Positions 25,601 to 39,000 of a stretch of DNA of 64,000 nucleotides are shown here, in pieces. The DNA comes from Spizellomyces punctatus DAOM BR117. Taxonomy: Eukaryota. Under the pieces are notes generated by a model, which was given only the letters and a program-made list of their open reading frames with translations, ran no database searches and was not told the origin of the DNA. The position numbers and the translations under genes are program-made. The stretch's first letter is position 1. Every line of letters begins with the position of its first letter. The DNA lies in the NCBI GenBank assembly GCA_000182565.2, contig KQ257453.1; one strand, 5' to 3'.

Positions 25601-26633
25601 AAGCAGAACATTGAAGTTTCCCGTCATAGGATTGTTCTGTGCTGTTCATTACACATTACGCATAAGCTTTATTCGCAAGCAGCAAAAAGTGATTACATGG
25701 TGGAATTACATACTAAAACTTTGTCCAATCTGAAGGGTCAACATCTCCAAATCGAGTGCCTCTTGACTAGTAGAACGTATCACCCAATTATTATATGTTC
25801 AGGGCAGTCATTGAATCTGAGCGATGCTGCCTTAATAGGTTGCCACAGACTTCCATTCGGCTGACGGGATCGCTCACCAGGTTTCTCAACAACAGGTCAA
25901 ATTCAAACTCTTACCTTGTTTGCGGTTGAGGTAGTCTATCTCCTGAGAGAGCGGATTGCCATATCGTCTGATTGTCGATGGAATAGCATTGGTTCGAGGC
26001 AATCTGAGAAAACGTGGCATAATGCCGAGATGATAAATAGCGATTGTCTGCAGGTGTTCGCACGTGAGGTAGTGTTGAGGGACGCCTGGTGGGTGAGGAT
26101 GGAGTTTTTGGGGATGATGATAGAGGACCTGACGCGTCCTGTGAAGATGAGGGAAGTGACACCGTTGCCTGAGCCTGACCTTCCGCGGGGCTCGACGTAT
26201 CACCAGAAGAAGGCTCAGGTACACTACTCAGCGTAGAAGTTGCTGGTGGTGTCGAAGATGGAACATTTGAACGTTCCTGCGACGTCGAACGACCACTTTC
26301 ACCGCGTATAATAGTCGCGGTTTCCGTTTGCAGCCGATCTCTACTTGGGGTTCTCGCTCGCTGTGGAACTTGCTGCGTCCCTTTCCCTTTCTGACTGGCA
26401 AACGGTGTAGATATGCCTCCTTGGGATATTTTCCGCACATGACGGACAGTGCGAGTGTCTGTCAAGTCCCCACTGTTCCCGTGATCTCCCCACAGGACCG
26501 TCGTCGTCGAAGCAGGACTTGCAGTTTTCGTTCTGGGGTCCTTCCCGGCAAAGTCTACAAGGTCTATTACTGACCCAGTTGCCCTTTCTGGGGTAGGTCG
26601 TTCTGCCGTCATCTTCCCTTTGCGATCGCCCAT
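22648..26633 (-). CDS. DYM: Dymeclin homolog, many exons
   Basis: Conserved blocks AYNALFLVR, LLLHNRSFRSYMLSRTDPE, YPQLYILLVILLLLSQD and LKFHYEED. Long S/T-rich N-terminus. Ends approximate. Confidence 0.9.
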
Positions 26634-26864
26634 CGCCTTGAGAAGCGAGGCGCGCAAATGACTTCGAGTCTTGCTGCGGAATGTGGCGCAGACCGCGCTG
26701 AATAACCATACGCGCTCCGATCGCGACTACCTTTTGTGCATGCCCGACCTTTGCTTGCACAGTCTCTCTCGCTTCGGCATTGCTACGGAAAACTACAGGA
26801 AAAGGCTATTCTCATGATTCGAACTTCCTCTGAACTATTCTTCAAGTAAAGACGAGCGGTTTCA

Positions 26865-27864
26865 ATGCGGCCCCACGTTCTCTTCACCCGCCCCTATATG
26901 TTCTTTGTCGCCCTGCTTGTTGCGGTGTTAGTTATTCTCTGGCAAACGCAGCGGGGAAATGAAGAAACGGTTCCAGGCTTTCGTAACTCAAAATCCTCGT
27001 CAAACCAAGAATCGATAAGTGTATTGCGAGATGAGCTGCGTGCCTTCCGCAAAGAATTACAAGAATCACATAAAAAGGTTCGAGCTCAACACCACTGTAA
27101 AGCGCTTGCGCTCGTCAGTCACAAGCTGTACTCAATTCTGTCCTCAGTCTCTGGAATCAGCAAACAAGACAGTGCTCGTTGGCCTGTTAACAGTTCCAGA
27201 TAAGATTCAACGACGTGCCCTAATTCGAGCCACGTATTTGCAACTCAAACCGCCTGGGGTCGACTTTTACTTTGTTTTCGGAAAACCAAAGGCCCCAGAA
27301 ATCGCGCATCTCCTTGCATGGGAGAAGCGTATATACAAGGATATCATGATATTGGACTGCGATGAAAACATGGACAACGGGAAAACTTTCCACTTTTTTG
27401 ACTTTGTTTCTCATACGTTTCCCGACGGCCGATATGATTTTGTCATGAAAACGGATGATGATGTGTTTCTGCATCTGCCGAATTTAGAGAAGCGATTACG
27501 TGGACTGCCAAAGCATGGCACATACTTTGGACGAAACCCTGGTGGGACTGGGTTCATGGCCGGCCTTGGATACGTGTTGTCGTGGGATCTTGTTAAATGG
27601 GTCGGCTCCGATCCGTATCCACAACAAAATAAAGAAGGCCAGGAGGATGGAAAGGTAGCGAGTTGGCTAAGGTATGGCAACAAGATCACACATTGGGTTT
27701 CAGAGGATGAGGAAATATATGACGATCCGGCGAGCGGTCGAGGATGGGCACATCCCTACACCCCAGGGACGATCTTGATACATAGACTTAAAGAGGATAT
27801 CCCTTTCCTTACAGCTTGCGCACATTTTTTGGATTCTGCGTTAGCCGATCTGCAGATATCGTAA
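26865..27864 (+). CDS. GT31-family glycosyltransferase (beta-1,3-galactosyltransferase-like), type II membrane protein
   Basis: N-terminal TM and coiled stem, intron about 27078-27147, then RRALIRATY, ENMDNGKT, MKTDDD, FMAGLGY and ED motifs. Confidence 0.92.
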
Positions 27865-27997
27865 CTATTTATCCTTACGTTAAAAAATGAAATGCTTATC
27901 GCGGGGCCAATTAGGGCACCAGACTGTTTACCGCCATCCACCTGTCACGATTTTCATTCCCTAACTCTGTTCCATACCTAACCAATCTGACGCTTAT

Positions 27998-28895
27998 CTA
28001 TTTTTCTTGCAGCCTATCCACGAGCTTACTATGCAAGAACTCGCTCAACTGAAAAAGGCCGTTGCTCGAGACAATGCGGTGCGTCGGCATCCTGCATACC
28101 ATGGTCAGTCCATTGACAGCTTTACACTGGGCCGTGATACACAAACCTTTGGTAAGATCCAGGCACCATCGAACCTGGACAGTCTCTGCGTAAGACAAAG
28201 GGTCACACGCAAAAGCGATTCAAAATATTTTCTCTCACCATCATCCAGCTGAACCGTTCCCAAAATATCCTCAGGATCGCTGTTGAAGATATCAGATTTA
28301 GCAAAGGACAATCGCAACCATGGTGTGAGCTAAACCGTCAGTGCGCACCTCACTCGGCCCCACGATGTGTATGTCCGCTGGTCATTTATGTTCAAATGAC
28401 CGATTTTTTGATGCAACGCAAGTGCTGTCAAACAAAGCATGAGGCCTGCTGTTAAGGACAGTTTATAGTAGCAGTCCTAATCACTACGGTCTCAACCTTT
28501 GATTCCCTCGTCTTCGTCAATGTTTTCTTTGACCACCTCATGAAGCACGTCTACGAGAACCGAATAAGCCACGATCGCGGAATACGACCCTTCCATGCTC
28601 GCTCACCTTCAAAAGTTGGATTTGTCTGGAAATTTCCAGGTTTCAAGTCCGGTGTTTCTGTGTCACCCTTCACCCAGCCAATGATACCTTCCTTCCGTAA
28701 CTCTTTCCCAGGCACATCTGAGGGACCAAGGAAGCTAACGGCCATGACCGTTCCCTCAGGATGGAACCACAGTGGGTATGGATAGCTTCCGCCTTGCAAA
28801 GCGTTCCCTCCCGAAAATGAAGGAGTGGCGCTGAAATGGCGGCTGAACAATGGAAGACCGTGTCTTGAGGGTGTCGAGATGCGTCGTAGAATCAT
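27998..28895 (-). CDS. Conserved uncharacterised, probably mitochondrial, fungal protein
   Basis: Arg/Ser-rich presequence-like N-terminus (MILRRISTPSRHGLPLFSRHFS). Spliced blocks IIGWV, NPTF, DPEDILGTVQL and MPTHRIVSSNGLFQLSEFLH. Confidence 0.7.
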
Positions 28896-29455
28896 GATCT
28901 AGAGATCTCGCAAGTTCCGTTGGCGGGCGCACGCGTTTGAAAGGACTAAGCGCTAGATCCAATTCAACCGCCTTGCTCATTATTTCATGACAAGCTGCCC
29001 TAGTTTCTAGTGCTGTTGCAACAATGAAGGCATTCAAAGGATATGCAATCCAAACTGTGATATGATCAACCATGCTTGTCAAGATCCCCACGGCAGCTCC
29101 TCTAAATAACACTAATTCTATTTTCCAATCATAGAAAACCCATATAAATATGTGCAAGTACCGCTGTTTTTCTGCTGCTTTATACACTTTGCTATATTGC
29201 TGCTGCTGCCCGTATGCGAATGTCATGTTATGGCGAATTCTTCCTCGGCAGTTTTGTTCTCAAGTCGGATGCTTTTCAATTTCTTGAATTTTAAATGGAT
29301 TGCATCTCGGGCTTAAGTAATCAATCCAGAACGCGAGGATTGTTTACTTCCACTGCTTTAAAAGGCCTTCGACCAGAAGTGCGTTGCTGTCAAAGTGTTA
29401 AGCAGTACCTAGTGCCTTCTCACATAACCCCTTCAATAGAGACATACCTATCAAA

Positions 29456-30300
29456 ATGCCGTTCATGTCCGGGCTCACTACGTTTTCCTTCAACAAGGAG
29501 AGCTTCTGGGCCGCTGGAGGATTCATGTTTGTCAAGAACTTGCTGTTACTGATCAACTTTCTGTCAATGGTAAGTGGAAAGTGGAAAGTTCATATACTGT
29601 TCCTACATAACGGGAGCTAGGATTGCTTATGTCCACTCCCCTCCAGTTGGCGGGTCTTATTCTCATTGGCGGAGGTGCCTACCTTATTTCGAGCACAGGA
29701 CCCGAAGGTGCAGATTTTATCAACTTGGGTGGAACAGTCGCAACGGCTGCCGTCGTAATCGGTGTTATTGTCACAATCGTCTCATTCCTTGGATGTTTCG
29801 GAGCTGCCAACGAGAAAGGCATGCTGCTCAAAACCTACTTTGCACTATTGATCATCTTGGTCATTCTCGAGATTTCTGTTGGAATCGCTGCATACTCAAA
29901 ACGAAACACTGTTGAGAATGCATTGGAGGGTGCCTGGAAAGAGGCGCTTGCTGCGAAGCACACTACGGCCATCATGCAGATCGAAATCACGTTCGAGTGC
30001 TGTGGATACGCAGACAATTCCACTGCCTGGCCCGAAGAGAATTGTCAAGAATTCTTCCATTTCCCTACCCTGAAGACGTGCGCAGAGGCTGTCAAGGGTA
30101 GCCTGCGTGGTTCTTTGGGTACAATTGGGGCTGCCGGCCTGGTCATTGGAATTATCGAGCTCATTGGACTCGTATTCTCAGCAGTAATGTTTAGGAAGAT
30201 TGCACAGAGAGAGCAAGCAGCTGGTTCGCTGCTAAACGAGGCATGGAGAATCAACCGAAACAAGATTCAGTACGGATACCAGAACTATCAATATGTGTAA
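29456..30300 (+). CDS. Tetraspanin
   Basis: Four TM segments, SFLGCFGAANE, and a large extracellular loop with CCG plus further Cys. One intron after ...INFLSM. Confidence 0.93.
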
Positions 30301-30854
30301 TGGACCGCCTTCCCGCTTGAAAAGCATTCTATGGTGATTTTACGTACAATAAATTGAGCGTCATACTATAGTCAGTAATACAATCATTCAAGTCCCCACT
30401 CTCTGCTATGTTACAACTGTCCTTGGAGCAACGTTATAAGGAGAGGCACCTCTGCAATACCTAACACAAAGCTATACCTCACGAGGTCGGAACCTCAATA
30501 ATGAAACGTGGCTGATATGTGGGGACCATCAACATGAATATAACGATCCCATTCATGTATCGTTTTCCCAAGAAAATGGGATGAGCACATCATTCAGTGG
30601 AATAGAACTGATGTTGTGGAACTTCCTGTTGTTTCGGTCGACGTACGCTCGCACATCTTTTTGAAAGTCATCCAAGGGTGACGAAACTCCGATGATGTTC
30701 GCGCACACGTGTTTTAGCGCTTATCACCACTTTCCTTGGTGTTGGATGCCAACTGCAGCACATTTTGAAATTTCCATCTCCACTTTTTAAATCCAAGTTG
30801 TCGACCACAATTTCATCGCACGCTACTAATATACCCGCTGCATTCGCAGCAACC

Positions 30855-32336
30855 ATGTCCCCAGGTAGGTCATACTCTCGGCAGCACGCTCTGATGACAA
30901 ATGTGGTTCTGACGTTGTTGTCAGCAACCGCTGCCGAACCGAAGAAACGAAGTTTGGCTCCCTGGCAGAACGCAGTAAGCGGTGCTACTGCTGGGGTGAT
31001 ATCCCGATTCGTCATTGCCCCCCTGGATGTCATAAAAATCAGGTATGGTGAGGCCGGTTTGTTAGTGTGCAAATAAGGAACGTCACTTATCGTAGTTCAG
31101 ATTTCAGGTGCCTCCACACCGCGAGTTCAAATGATTTCTGTTATCATGTAAACTGACAGTTTTCAATACCTCGAAACAGCTTCAAACTGAGGAACTGCGA
31201 CTTAGCCGGATAAGGGGTGGAGAAGTTCCAGCACAAGTCAAGTACAGGGGACTAGCGCAATCATTTACGCGAATCATTCGGGAAGAGGGTCTCAGAGTAA
31301 GCTAGTGCTTTTTTTTGTACTTAGTTGGGCTGTGGGTAATGGTTATGGTCTCTATTGCAGGGGTTATGGAAAGGAAATCTTTCCGCCGAATACTTATACC
31401 TTGGATATGGGGCGGCTCAGTTTTACGCGTATCCCGAGTATGAGCGATTATTGAACCGGACAGTTAGTATATATTCAACTCATGACACTGGTTGAAAGAC
31501 TCGCTCGAAGCTGATCTGTCACCCTTTCTAGACGCAATATCTCAACTTCAAGCTCCCCACAGAGATCGTTGCTTCCTTGGCTGGCGGTAAGGAAAGCTGA
31601 CAATAAGTATGTTTGCATCAGACGTTGAGATAAGGCTAACTCGAAAAATAGCCTTGGCAGGATGCACTGCAACGGTCGCTACATACCCATTTGACCTTCT
31701 TCGGACGCGTTTTGCGGTGCAGGGACAACACGGACCCTACTCCGGCCTAGTCGATGCGATACGACAGATTGCAGGAAAGGAAGGGCTCCCTGGATTTTAC
31801 AGGGGTGTCTGGCCTTCCATGTTGCAAATGATGCCGCAGACTGGAATCGTATTTGCAAGCTTTTCGTTTTTTAAAAAGCATCTAGACGGGTTGAAGGTAT
31901 GACACTAGTGCAGTGGTCACTATGAGGATGAGGGAACTGACTACCGAATAATAGGCGGGAGGAATGAAGGATTTCATAAGCGGGGGTTTGGCTGGAATGG
32001 TAGGGAAGGCGGCAGTGATGCCTTTCGACGTAGTGCGGTAGGTCCACATCGCCCCATTTCTTGTGTCGCAGACAGTTGATGAATTATTCTTGTAGAAAAC
32101 GCCTTCAGGTACAAGGACCCGAGCGAAATTCTTATGTAGTAGGTGACGTGCCACGGTATCCAAAGGGATTCCTTCGGTGCTGCCGCCAAATCGCCCGATA
32201 TGAAGGAATATTAGCTTTATACAAAGGACTGCTCCCTAGTTTGCTAAAGTCAGGTCCATCAGCTGCGGTAACGTTTTTGGTAGTCGGAGCATGTCAGAAA
32301 GCTTTTGCAGCAGTAGATGGCGTAGAACGACAGTAA
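30855..32336 (+). CDS. TPC1: Mitochondrial carrier, thiamine-pyrophosphate carrier type
   Basis: Three carrier repeats (APLDVIKIR, YPFDLLRTR, PFDVVRKRLQVQG). WKGNLSAEYLYLGYGAAQF is typical of Tpc1/SLC25A19. Confidence 0.88.
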
Positions 32337-32659
32337 TTTAAATAGATGAACGTATACAGTGTTGGTTATTTATAACCAGGCCTTCGAGTGTTTTCCATCT
32401 GTGGGCAAACAAGAGGATGTTCGGTCCGACCCGGTGTATCCTTTGATTGATACCGCATCTACTCCTCTACTCGCATGTGCAATCTTCGTACATTAATCTA
32501 ACAGTGGCCAGCAACAGCAATATTGTGCCACATACCAGCGCCGAGCTTTCAGGTGTGGACGTGGTACCCACCGCTAAGAACAGACTGCTGGCCAGGCTCC
32601 CCGCGTGCTGGCTTACCGTGGCGTGCGCCATGATCCCCATCCTTGCACTATATGTCGTG

Positions 32660-33835
32660 TCATGATGAGCCTCGGCGTCCAATTCGAGCTTCGTCCCATG
32701 GTCCACGGATCTCACTGACAAGCGTGTTAGGCACAACATCATATTCGCAAAGCCATGATGCATCCGTACCTTTTATACTTTTGCGCATGAATGAGCCAGT
32801 ATGGGCAAATCAGATTGATAAAAAGCATGCCAATCAAGTATATATTGACCAGTGCGAGAGATATCGGTAGAAAAAGTGCAACCGTCAGTGGGCTGAGTAA
32901 CGTGATGATGATCAAATCATTTCTGGGTGAGATATTCTGTGCATAGACTTCATTAGATCAGGTCGTTTCAACTGCATATCAGATGACAGTACCCGAAAAC
33001 CTCTCCGAAACATGGGAAAAAGCACGAACGTGACAATGGCAAATAGCATCAACCCCAATACGTGCATATTTGAGGGCAAGCGGGAACTCAATAAGACTGA
33101 AGCAAAAATTCCAGCGTTGATCGATAATGAATCTGGAAATCTAATAACATATCAATAAGCAACTTCAAATGCTAGCACGTCGTGTCATCAGTACCTGACT
33201 CTAAGAACGTCTTGCGCGCTATAGTCATGAAATACCAAGTTGGCCAGAATCATCATGACAGTCAAGGTCCACACTGTATCGCTGCTGATCTCTTTAGTTA
33301 GGGTCTTCAAAACGGGTGTAAGACCGATGAGAATAGCCAACAACAATGCCGCTGATTTGAAGATCCTTCCTCCTAGTAGAGTCCAACTTATGGCTATTAG
33401 AACCGCGAATTCGATATAGCAAAACATAATCATCCTTACGATATATAGCTGCCTTCAGTCGCTGCCGAAATACAATGATATCCCATATGGCATATCCAAT
33501 AAAGACAGATACTGCAGTTATTATGAGTAGCGTTGCGGGGGATAGCAATCCAGAGTAGAGGTGCACAAAGATTGCGGTAAAGACCATGATGGAGCTGATG
33601 TGTTGGGTAACCGCGCAGGTTCGATGAGCAACAGTCCAGTAATAGTGCGTTCTGACATTGACTAGAGTAAAAGGTATCAGGTCGGGGTCAGGTCAGCCAA
33701 GTCGGCGGGACGAATAATACCATTCTTTTGCATCTGCTCCAAGAAACTTTCGTCAACATAGTTATCCGGATAGTCTTGCCTAATGTAGAGAAGCTTTTTC
33801 CAAGGCTGGAAAGCTGAGAATGATGCCACAGACAT
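32660..33835 (-). CDS. GPI2: GPI-GlcNAc transferase subunit PIG-C/Gpi2
   Basis: WKKLLYIRQDYPDNYVD, LTPVLKTLTKEISSDTVW, and C-terminal EIRGPWDEA. Confidence 0.95.
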
Positions 33836-34186
33836 TGGGTTTCGCTGCGACAAATCCTTGTTTGCACCACCTCTTGCGCCCGTTTTCTGAAGTTAGGAAG
33901 GCACTTTAACGACAGACGGGTTCGCTCAAGCTCGTATTTCGTAAGCAGTGCTGGCCCTTCCGTCTAGATTCTTGTAAGTTCCCCCTGAGGTGCAGTTTAG
34001 AAGGGTGGTCATCCTGCGGATCGCGGTGACGAAGAAAGGGAGCGTGAGGCCAGCAAAGCATCAAGTCAGCAGCGGTTGGAGCCGGATCGATGAGTCACAG
34101 ATTAGATGCAACAACTTTCAGCTCGGTTTCCATTCTGCCATCTTTCTACTGCATTTGCACACAGTTCACTGTAAATTAAAGCAATC

Positions 34187-35424
34187 ATGTCTCTGAATCT
34201 GGCAATCATTGGGCCTGGCCTGGTCGGCTCAGAATTCATTTCTCAAGTTGCGAAAACACCGTACATCAAACTGATCGCGATCGCCAACAGCACCCGGATG
34301 CTTCTCCATCAGACGGGGACGTCTGCCACGACTTGGAAAGCAGACTTGACAGCCTCGCAAACAGCTACTGATTTGAAGGCCCTCATTGACCACGCCGCTG
34401 CACGCCAACCTTGTGTTGTTGTTGATTGCACTAGTTCGGAAGCCGTTGCGACCTCCTACCCAGAGTGGTTAGACAAAGGGTTGCACGTTGTCACGCCCAA
34501 TAAAAAGGCCTTCAGCGGGGATTTGGGATTGTGGAAGAAAATTACAGAAAATAAAAAGTCTCTGGTCTACCATGAAAGTACGGTCGGGTAAGTGGAAACT
34601 GGGAATCGACGTCGGGTGGAAGAATTTCCACTGATGTGCTGGATGTCACCATAGGGCTGGACTCCCCATCTTGAGCACCCTCAAAGACCTAGTCGAGACT
34701 GGAGACGAGATTGTTCGAATTGAAGGCATCTTTTCAGGGACTCTATCGTACATCTTCAACAATTTCTCTTCCACAGCGGGATCCTCTGGCCAGTTTTCCA
34801 AGACGGTCACCGTCGCAAAGGAGCTGGGTTACACAGTGAGTACGGTTACAAATCCTATCGTTCCGTCATGCTAGACCGCAAATATTCACAGTGAGCAAGT
34901 AGGAGCCAGATCCGCGAGACGACCTCAATGGAATGGATGTGGCACGTAAGGTTGTCATTCTTGGACGAGTGGCTGGGATTGATTTGGATTTGAGCACCCT
35001 TCCTGTGGAGAATATTGTTCCGGAAGCACTTCGCGGTGTTCCCACTGCCGATGAGTTTATGTCAAAACTGCCCACCTTCGATGATCACTTTGAGCAGCTG
35101 AACCAAGCTGCTTTGAAGGAAAACAGTGTCCTGCGATATGTTGGACTTGTGGATCCCAATGGAAACAGTTCTGTAAAGCTAATGAAGTAGGTGTAAAGAA
35201 CCTGATGACTACAATCGCGAGCGTTCGCTGATCATCGAGTTAGGTATCCTGCGAGCCATCCTTTTGCTTCATTGAAGGGAAGCGACAACATCATTGCGTT
35301 TACCACAAAGCGGTTCCCCAATCCGCTCATTGTCCAAGGCGCTGGTGCTGGAGCGGCAGTAACTGCGTTTGGCATGTTTGCGGATGTACTTAAGATTGCC
35401 CGGATTCTAGGATTAGCTAAATAG
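34187..35424 (+). CDS. HOM6: Homoserine dehydrogenase
   Basis: IIGPGLVG, VVTPNKK, ESTVGAGLP, GIFSGTLSY, EPDPRDDLNGMDVARK, QGAGAG. Confidence 0.97.
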
Positions 35425-36009
35425 ACTGATTGATGTACAGATAGTACAATAAGTCATAACAGAATAAATATTAACATCATCCCATATATTTTATCTACTG
35501 CTGCCTGCTTCGGACGGATCGTCAAAGAACTTTAACGCAAGAACTGTAAAAGAGAGAAAACGATACATTCAAGAAATACACAGTGGTGCACGAGTTTGTT
35601 AGAAATATAAATCAGCAAGAAAGCAAAGAGTCTAGTTGTAGGTACCCCTTATTTGTTAAATCCAAAAGGATAATCTACTTGTTAATTAACTTACCTGTCC
35701 AAACCCCTCCCCCTCAGGATTTTGAAGATCTGGACAGAAATGACATAGCCGACCGAGTCCGACCGAGTGACTCCACCGAGAAGAACCTTCTTTTGGCCGT
35801 GCTTTTGGCAGTGATAACGATGCGGTCGTGAGTTTGTATGGCTTTTTCATTCGCATATCGCACCAATGTGGCCGCATGGCTTTTCATGATGCTGTATACT
35901 TTCTGACACAATCCCATAAGGTACTAAATACTCTATACTCAAAATATGCTATAATATACAGTCTATGTACAATTTAAGGCTGATGAGGAACATTCAATGT
36001 GCTGATGTA

Positions 36010-39000
36010 CTTGTCGGGTACCTGCCATAAGAAAGTTCAAGGTTCGAAATATTTAAGAGTAGTATGAGTGAAGTCACCATACCATGAGAAAGTACCGTTC
36101 CATGGCTTCACGGAATCTGTTTTTATATTGCCGAGGCGACACGATGGTTGGTTCTTTGCCCCCGCCCCCCAGGAAAGCGGTTTCCTTAACCCAACTTTCC
36201 AATTTTTTGTCCCATGTGAACGTCCGGATATAATCTGGGTGAACTGATCAGCTACATGCACACCGAAGGCATAGGATGCAAGTTGACATACCAACAATGC
36301 CAACTACTAATTCGCTCCGTTCGACGTCAATTCCAACCAGCAAGGAGTAATCCATGACATTCAATTTCGAGAGGAAGAGGGTATCATTCCACACCGACGC
36401 GCGAAGTAGCTTCTTTGAGTGTTCGCGAATGAAAAGGGGTGATTCGTAGATGACTGGAAAAAGGTTAATTTATAGTATGGCCAAAAAATACACGCCAAGC
36501 ATTGTCCTTACATTCCACCAGATTCTCATCGAGAAGGACCTCATTCTGACGACCAGTTGATTGCACATGTCTGTTGCGCATCGATCCCTTCAAATCAAAT
36601 ATCTGAAGCAAGGTGTGATGAATGGAGAATCCATTGTTATGCTATCCAATCCGCACTCACCCGCGAAATGGTTCTTTCATAGAACAAGTTCTCCATAACG
36701 AAGCAGTCAAAGCGCATCGAGCGACCGGTAGTTGGATTTTTGTACGATATACGATAGAAGCCAAATATTTTGGCCAAAACCGTGGGCAACTAAAAATACC
36801 ACTGTGAGAAGAAGAGGTACCATAACAAAAGGGCTAAAAAGAACCTCACCTCATGGAAAATCGCTTGGGACATGTATTCAAAGTAGGCGGGTGCAAATTT
36901 ATACAATGCATCCATCTCAAGGCGTGAAAGTTGTTTGATGATCAAGCGGTCATCTATTCGTGATAATAGGTCACGACGATGTTGATGACCGAGATCCGCC
37001 AAAGCTGCACTAAGCTCACCTCTTGTTTTCAGGAAAGTGGAACCGGATTTACCTCCTAGAGCATCCCATCTCATACATCTAGCGAGCGACTGGACATAAT
37101 TTTCATCAATACCACAATTTTGTCGCAGTGCTTCGAATTGTTCAGCAAAGAAAATTTTGCAGTTCATGCGCGTTGGTCCATCCCAGAATTCTGTGATTTA
37201 ATATGAGCAGGTTTATAGAGAGTACCTAACATCACCTTTATCCACTCACGATATCGAATGTGGGTTCCTGTACCACGCAAAAGAGTTTCTTCCATTCCAC
37301 CCGTATCCGCGTACTGATCATCAAACTCGACAAAAACTCTGGTATGTGGGTCTTCCGACGCATTCGGTTTCTCCTGAGTATCCACGCCCTGTCGCATGCA
37401 ACGCAGCTTTTCTTTGTAGTGCTTGGAGCTGATGACGCAATTACAATTAGTGCTATAGCCAATGGATGAAAACAGGGGTTCACAGCACATACTCTAGTGT
37501 GAATGCAATGATTGAGCTTGGTTCATCCTCTCGAACTACGACATTGGAGTCTGGAAAGATATGGTCCGTGGGTGCCCTATGACCAAACTATCCTTAGCAT
37601 TGACTGGTCCCGTTGATTCTAACTACTGAGCTAATCAATCTCTAACTCACAGGGGACACTCCAAAGGTAGAAAATTGGCTGCGTTTCCGGTCCATAGGCT
37701 AGTAATTGTCTTCATGATTGAGGTTCTTTCACCAACCAGAGCTTGCAGCTCCCGTATATCACGATTCACGGCGGGTGGGGGTACCTCCCTTTCCAGCATC
37801 TCTCCAGCAACCCCGCTGATTATATTCCACTCTACTGGCATATCGTCGTCATCATCATTTATGCCCGTCCCCGTTCCGTAAGAGGAGATTGACGGCGCCT
37901 TTTTAGAGAGGGCCATTGTTTGCTCATCTCCAAGCATATCGGTAATCGGTTCGGCGCGAAGCTGGTTGACGTTCGTCAGAACGTTCTCGTCAGACGGACC
38001 TGCGTCCCGAAGTTGGCCTGGAAGAGCCAGGTCATTCCCATTGGCGGATGCCGAGCTGCAAATAGATAATCCTTCGAGACCTCCGCAAGTGTTATCAGGA
38101 AACTCTGTCATTACAGGACTGTCCAAAATGCCAGGACCGTCGTACCCCTCCTCCGAAACGAAGACTTGGGCGAGGTCCCAATCACCTTCCTCCCCCGCCG
38201 GGGCCGTTACAACCGGCGTCAGAAGCGAGACGCCCTCTGATTGGGATCTTTGTCTTGCCTTGGACTCTTTCATCAGCTTGATCGACATGCGACGATTCGT
38301 CCGTGCCTGTGACGACACCATGGGTTGTTCGTTGGCTCGCGTTGCCATCGACTTTGCGAAGATTTGAGAGGTGGCGGAGGTCGGCGATCGGCCTAACAAA
38401 GGTAGCGACGACTCAACCCCAGATGGATTCACGCCCATCTCGATTTCCAACGGAGCAGTATCCTCTGGAAGGCTCAGTCCGGGGCGGGGCGGGAGTTCCT
38501 TGTCCGCAAACATGCGCTTAAGTTGGGCTGCAGTCACTCTGCGAATCTCTTTCGTATCAGCCTGCAGAAACCGCCTTGCGAAGGCAGTGAAGTCTGCGTC
38601 CCACTGGGTGACTTTATCTTGGAGGACACGCAATACGCCGTTTAGGGCAAGTATATCGGTTGGAGAACTGCTAATAAGAGTTTGCTGAAGGAGCTGGAGC
38701 ATGTACTTTTTCTCAGACACCGCTCGTTTGCCCATTTCGCTCATCGCTTCCTTTGAAGCCTGAATCTTTCCAGGCGGAACGATATCGAATGTAAAGCTTT
38801 TTATCCGCTCCGACACGGAATCAAAGTAGCGAACTAGTTGCTGTTTGAGAGTCTCATAATCTTGCTGCATCAACTTGGAACTGATCTCGGCGATGAAACG
38901 AAGGTGTTTCGGCGGTACCACAACTTCCAGGAGCTCAATCATCTCGTATTCAAAGCGGACCGCCAGGTTCTTCAAGGCGAAATACCGGATGTGATCGCGG

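Noticed and set aside
26865-27203. Apparent frameshift or pseudogene in the GT31 gene (two overlapping ORFs)
   Set aside because: Explained by a canonical intron at about 27078-27147.
30490-30620. Possible C/D-box snoRNA (ATGA...CTGA)
   Set aside because: No full RTGATGA box, terminal stem or recognisable rRNA complement.
32360-32660. Splice-like signals and a short ORF downstream of the PIG-C stop
   Set aside because: No convincing frame or homology; could be 3' UTR.
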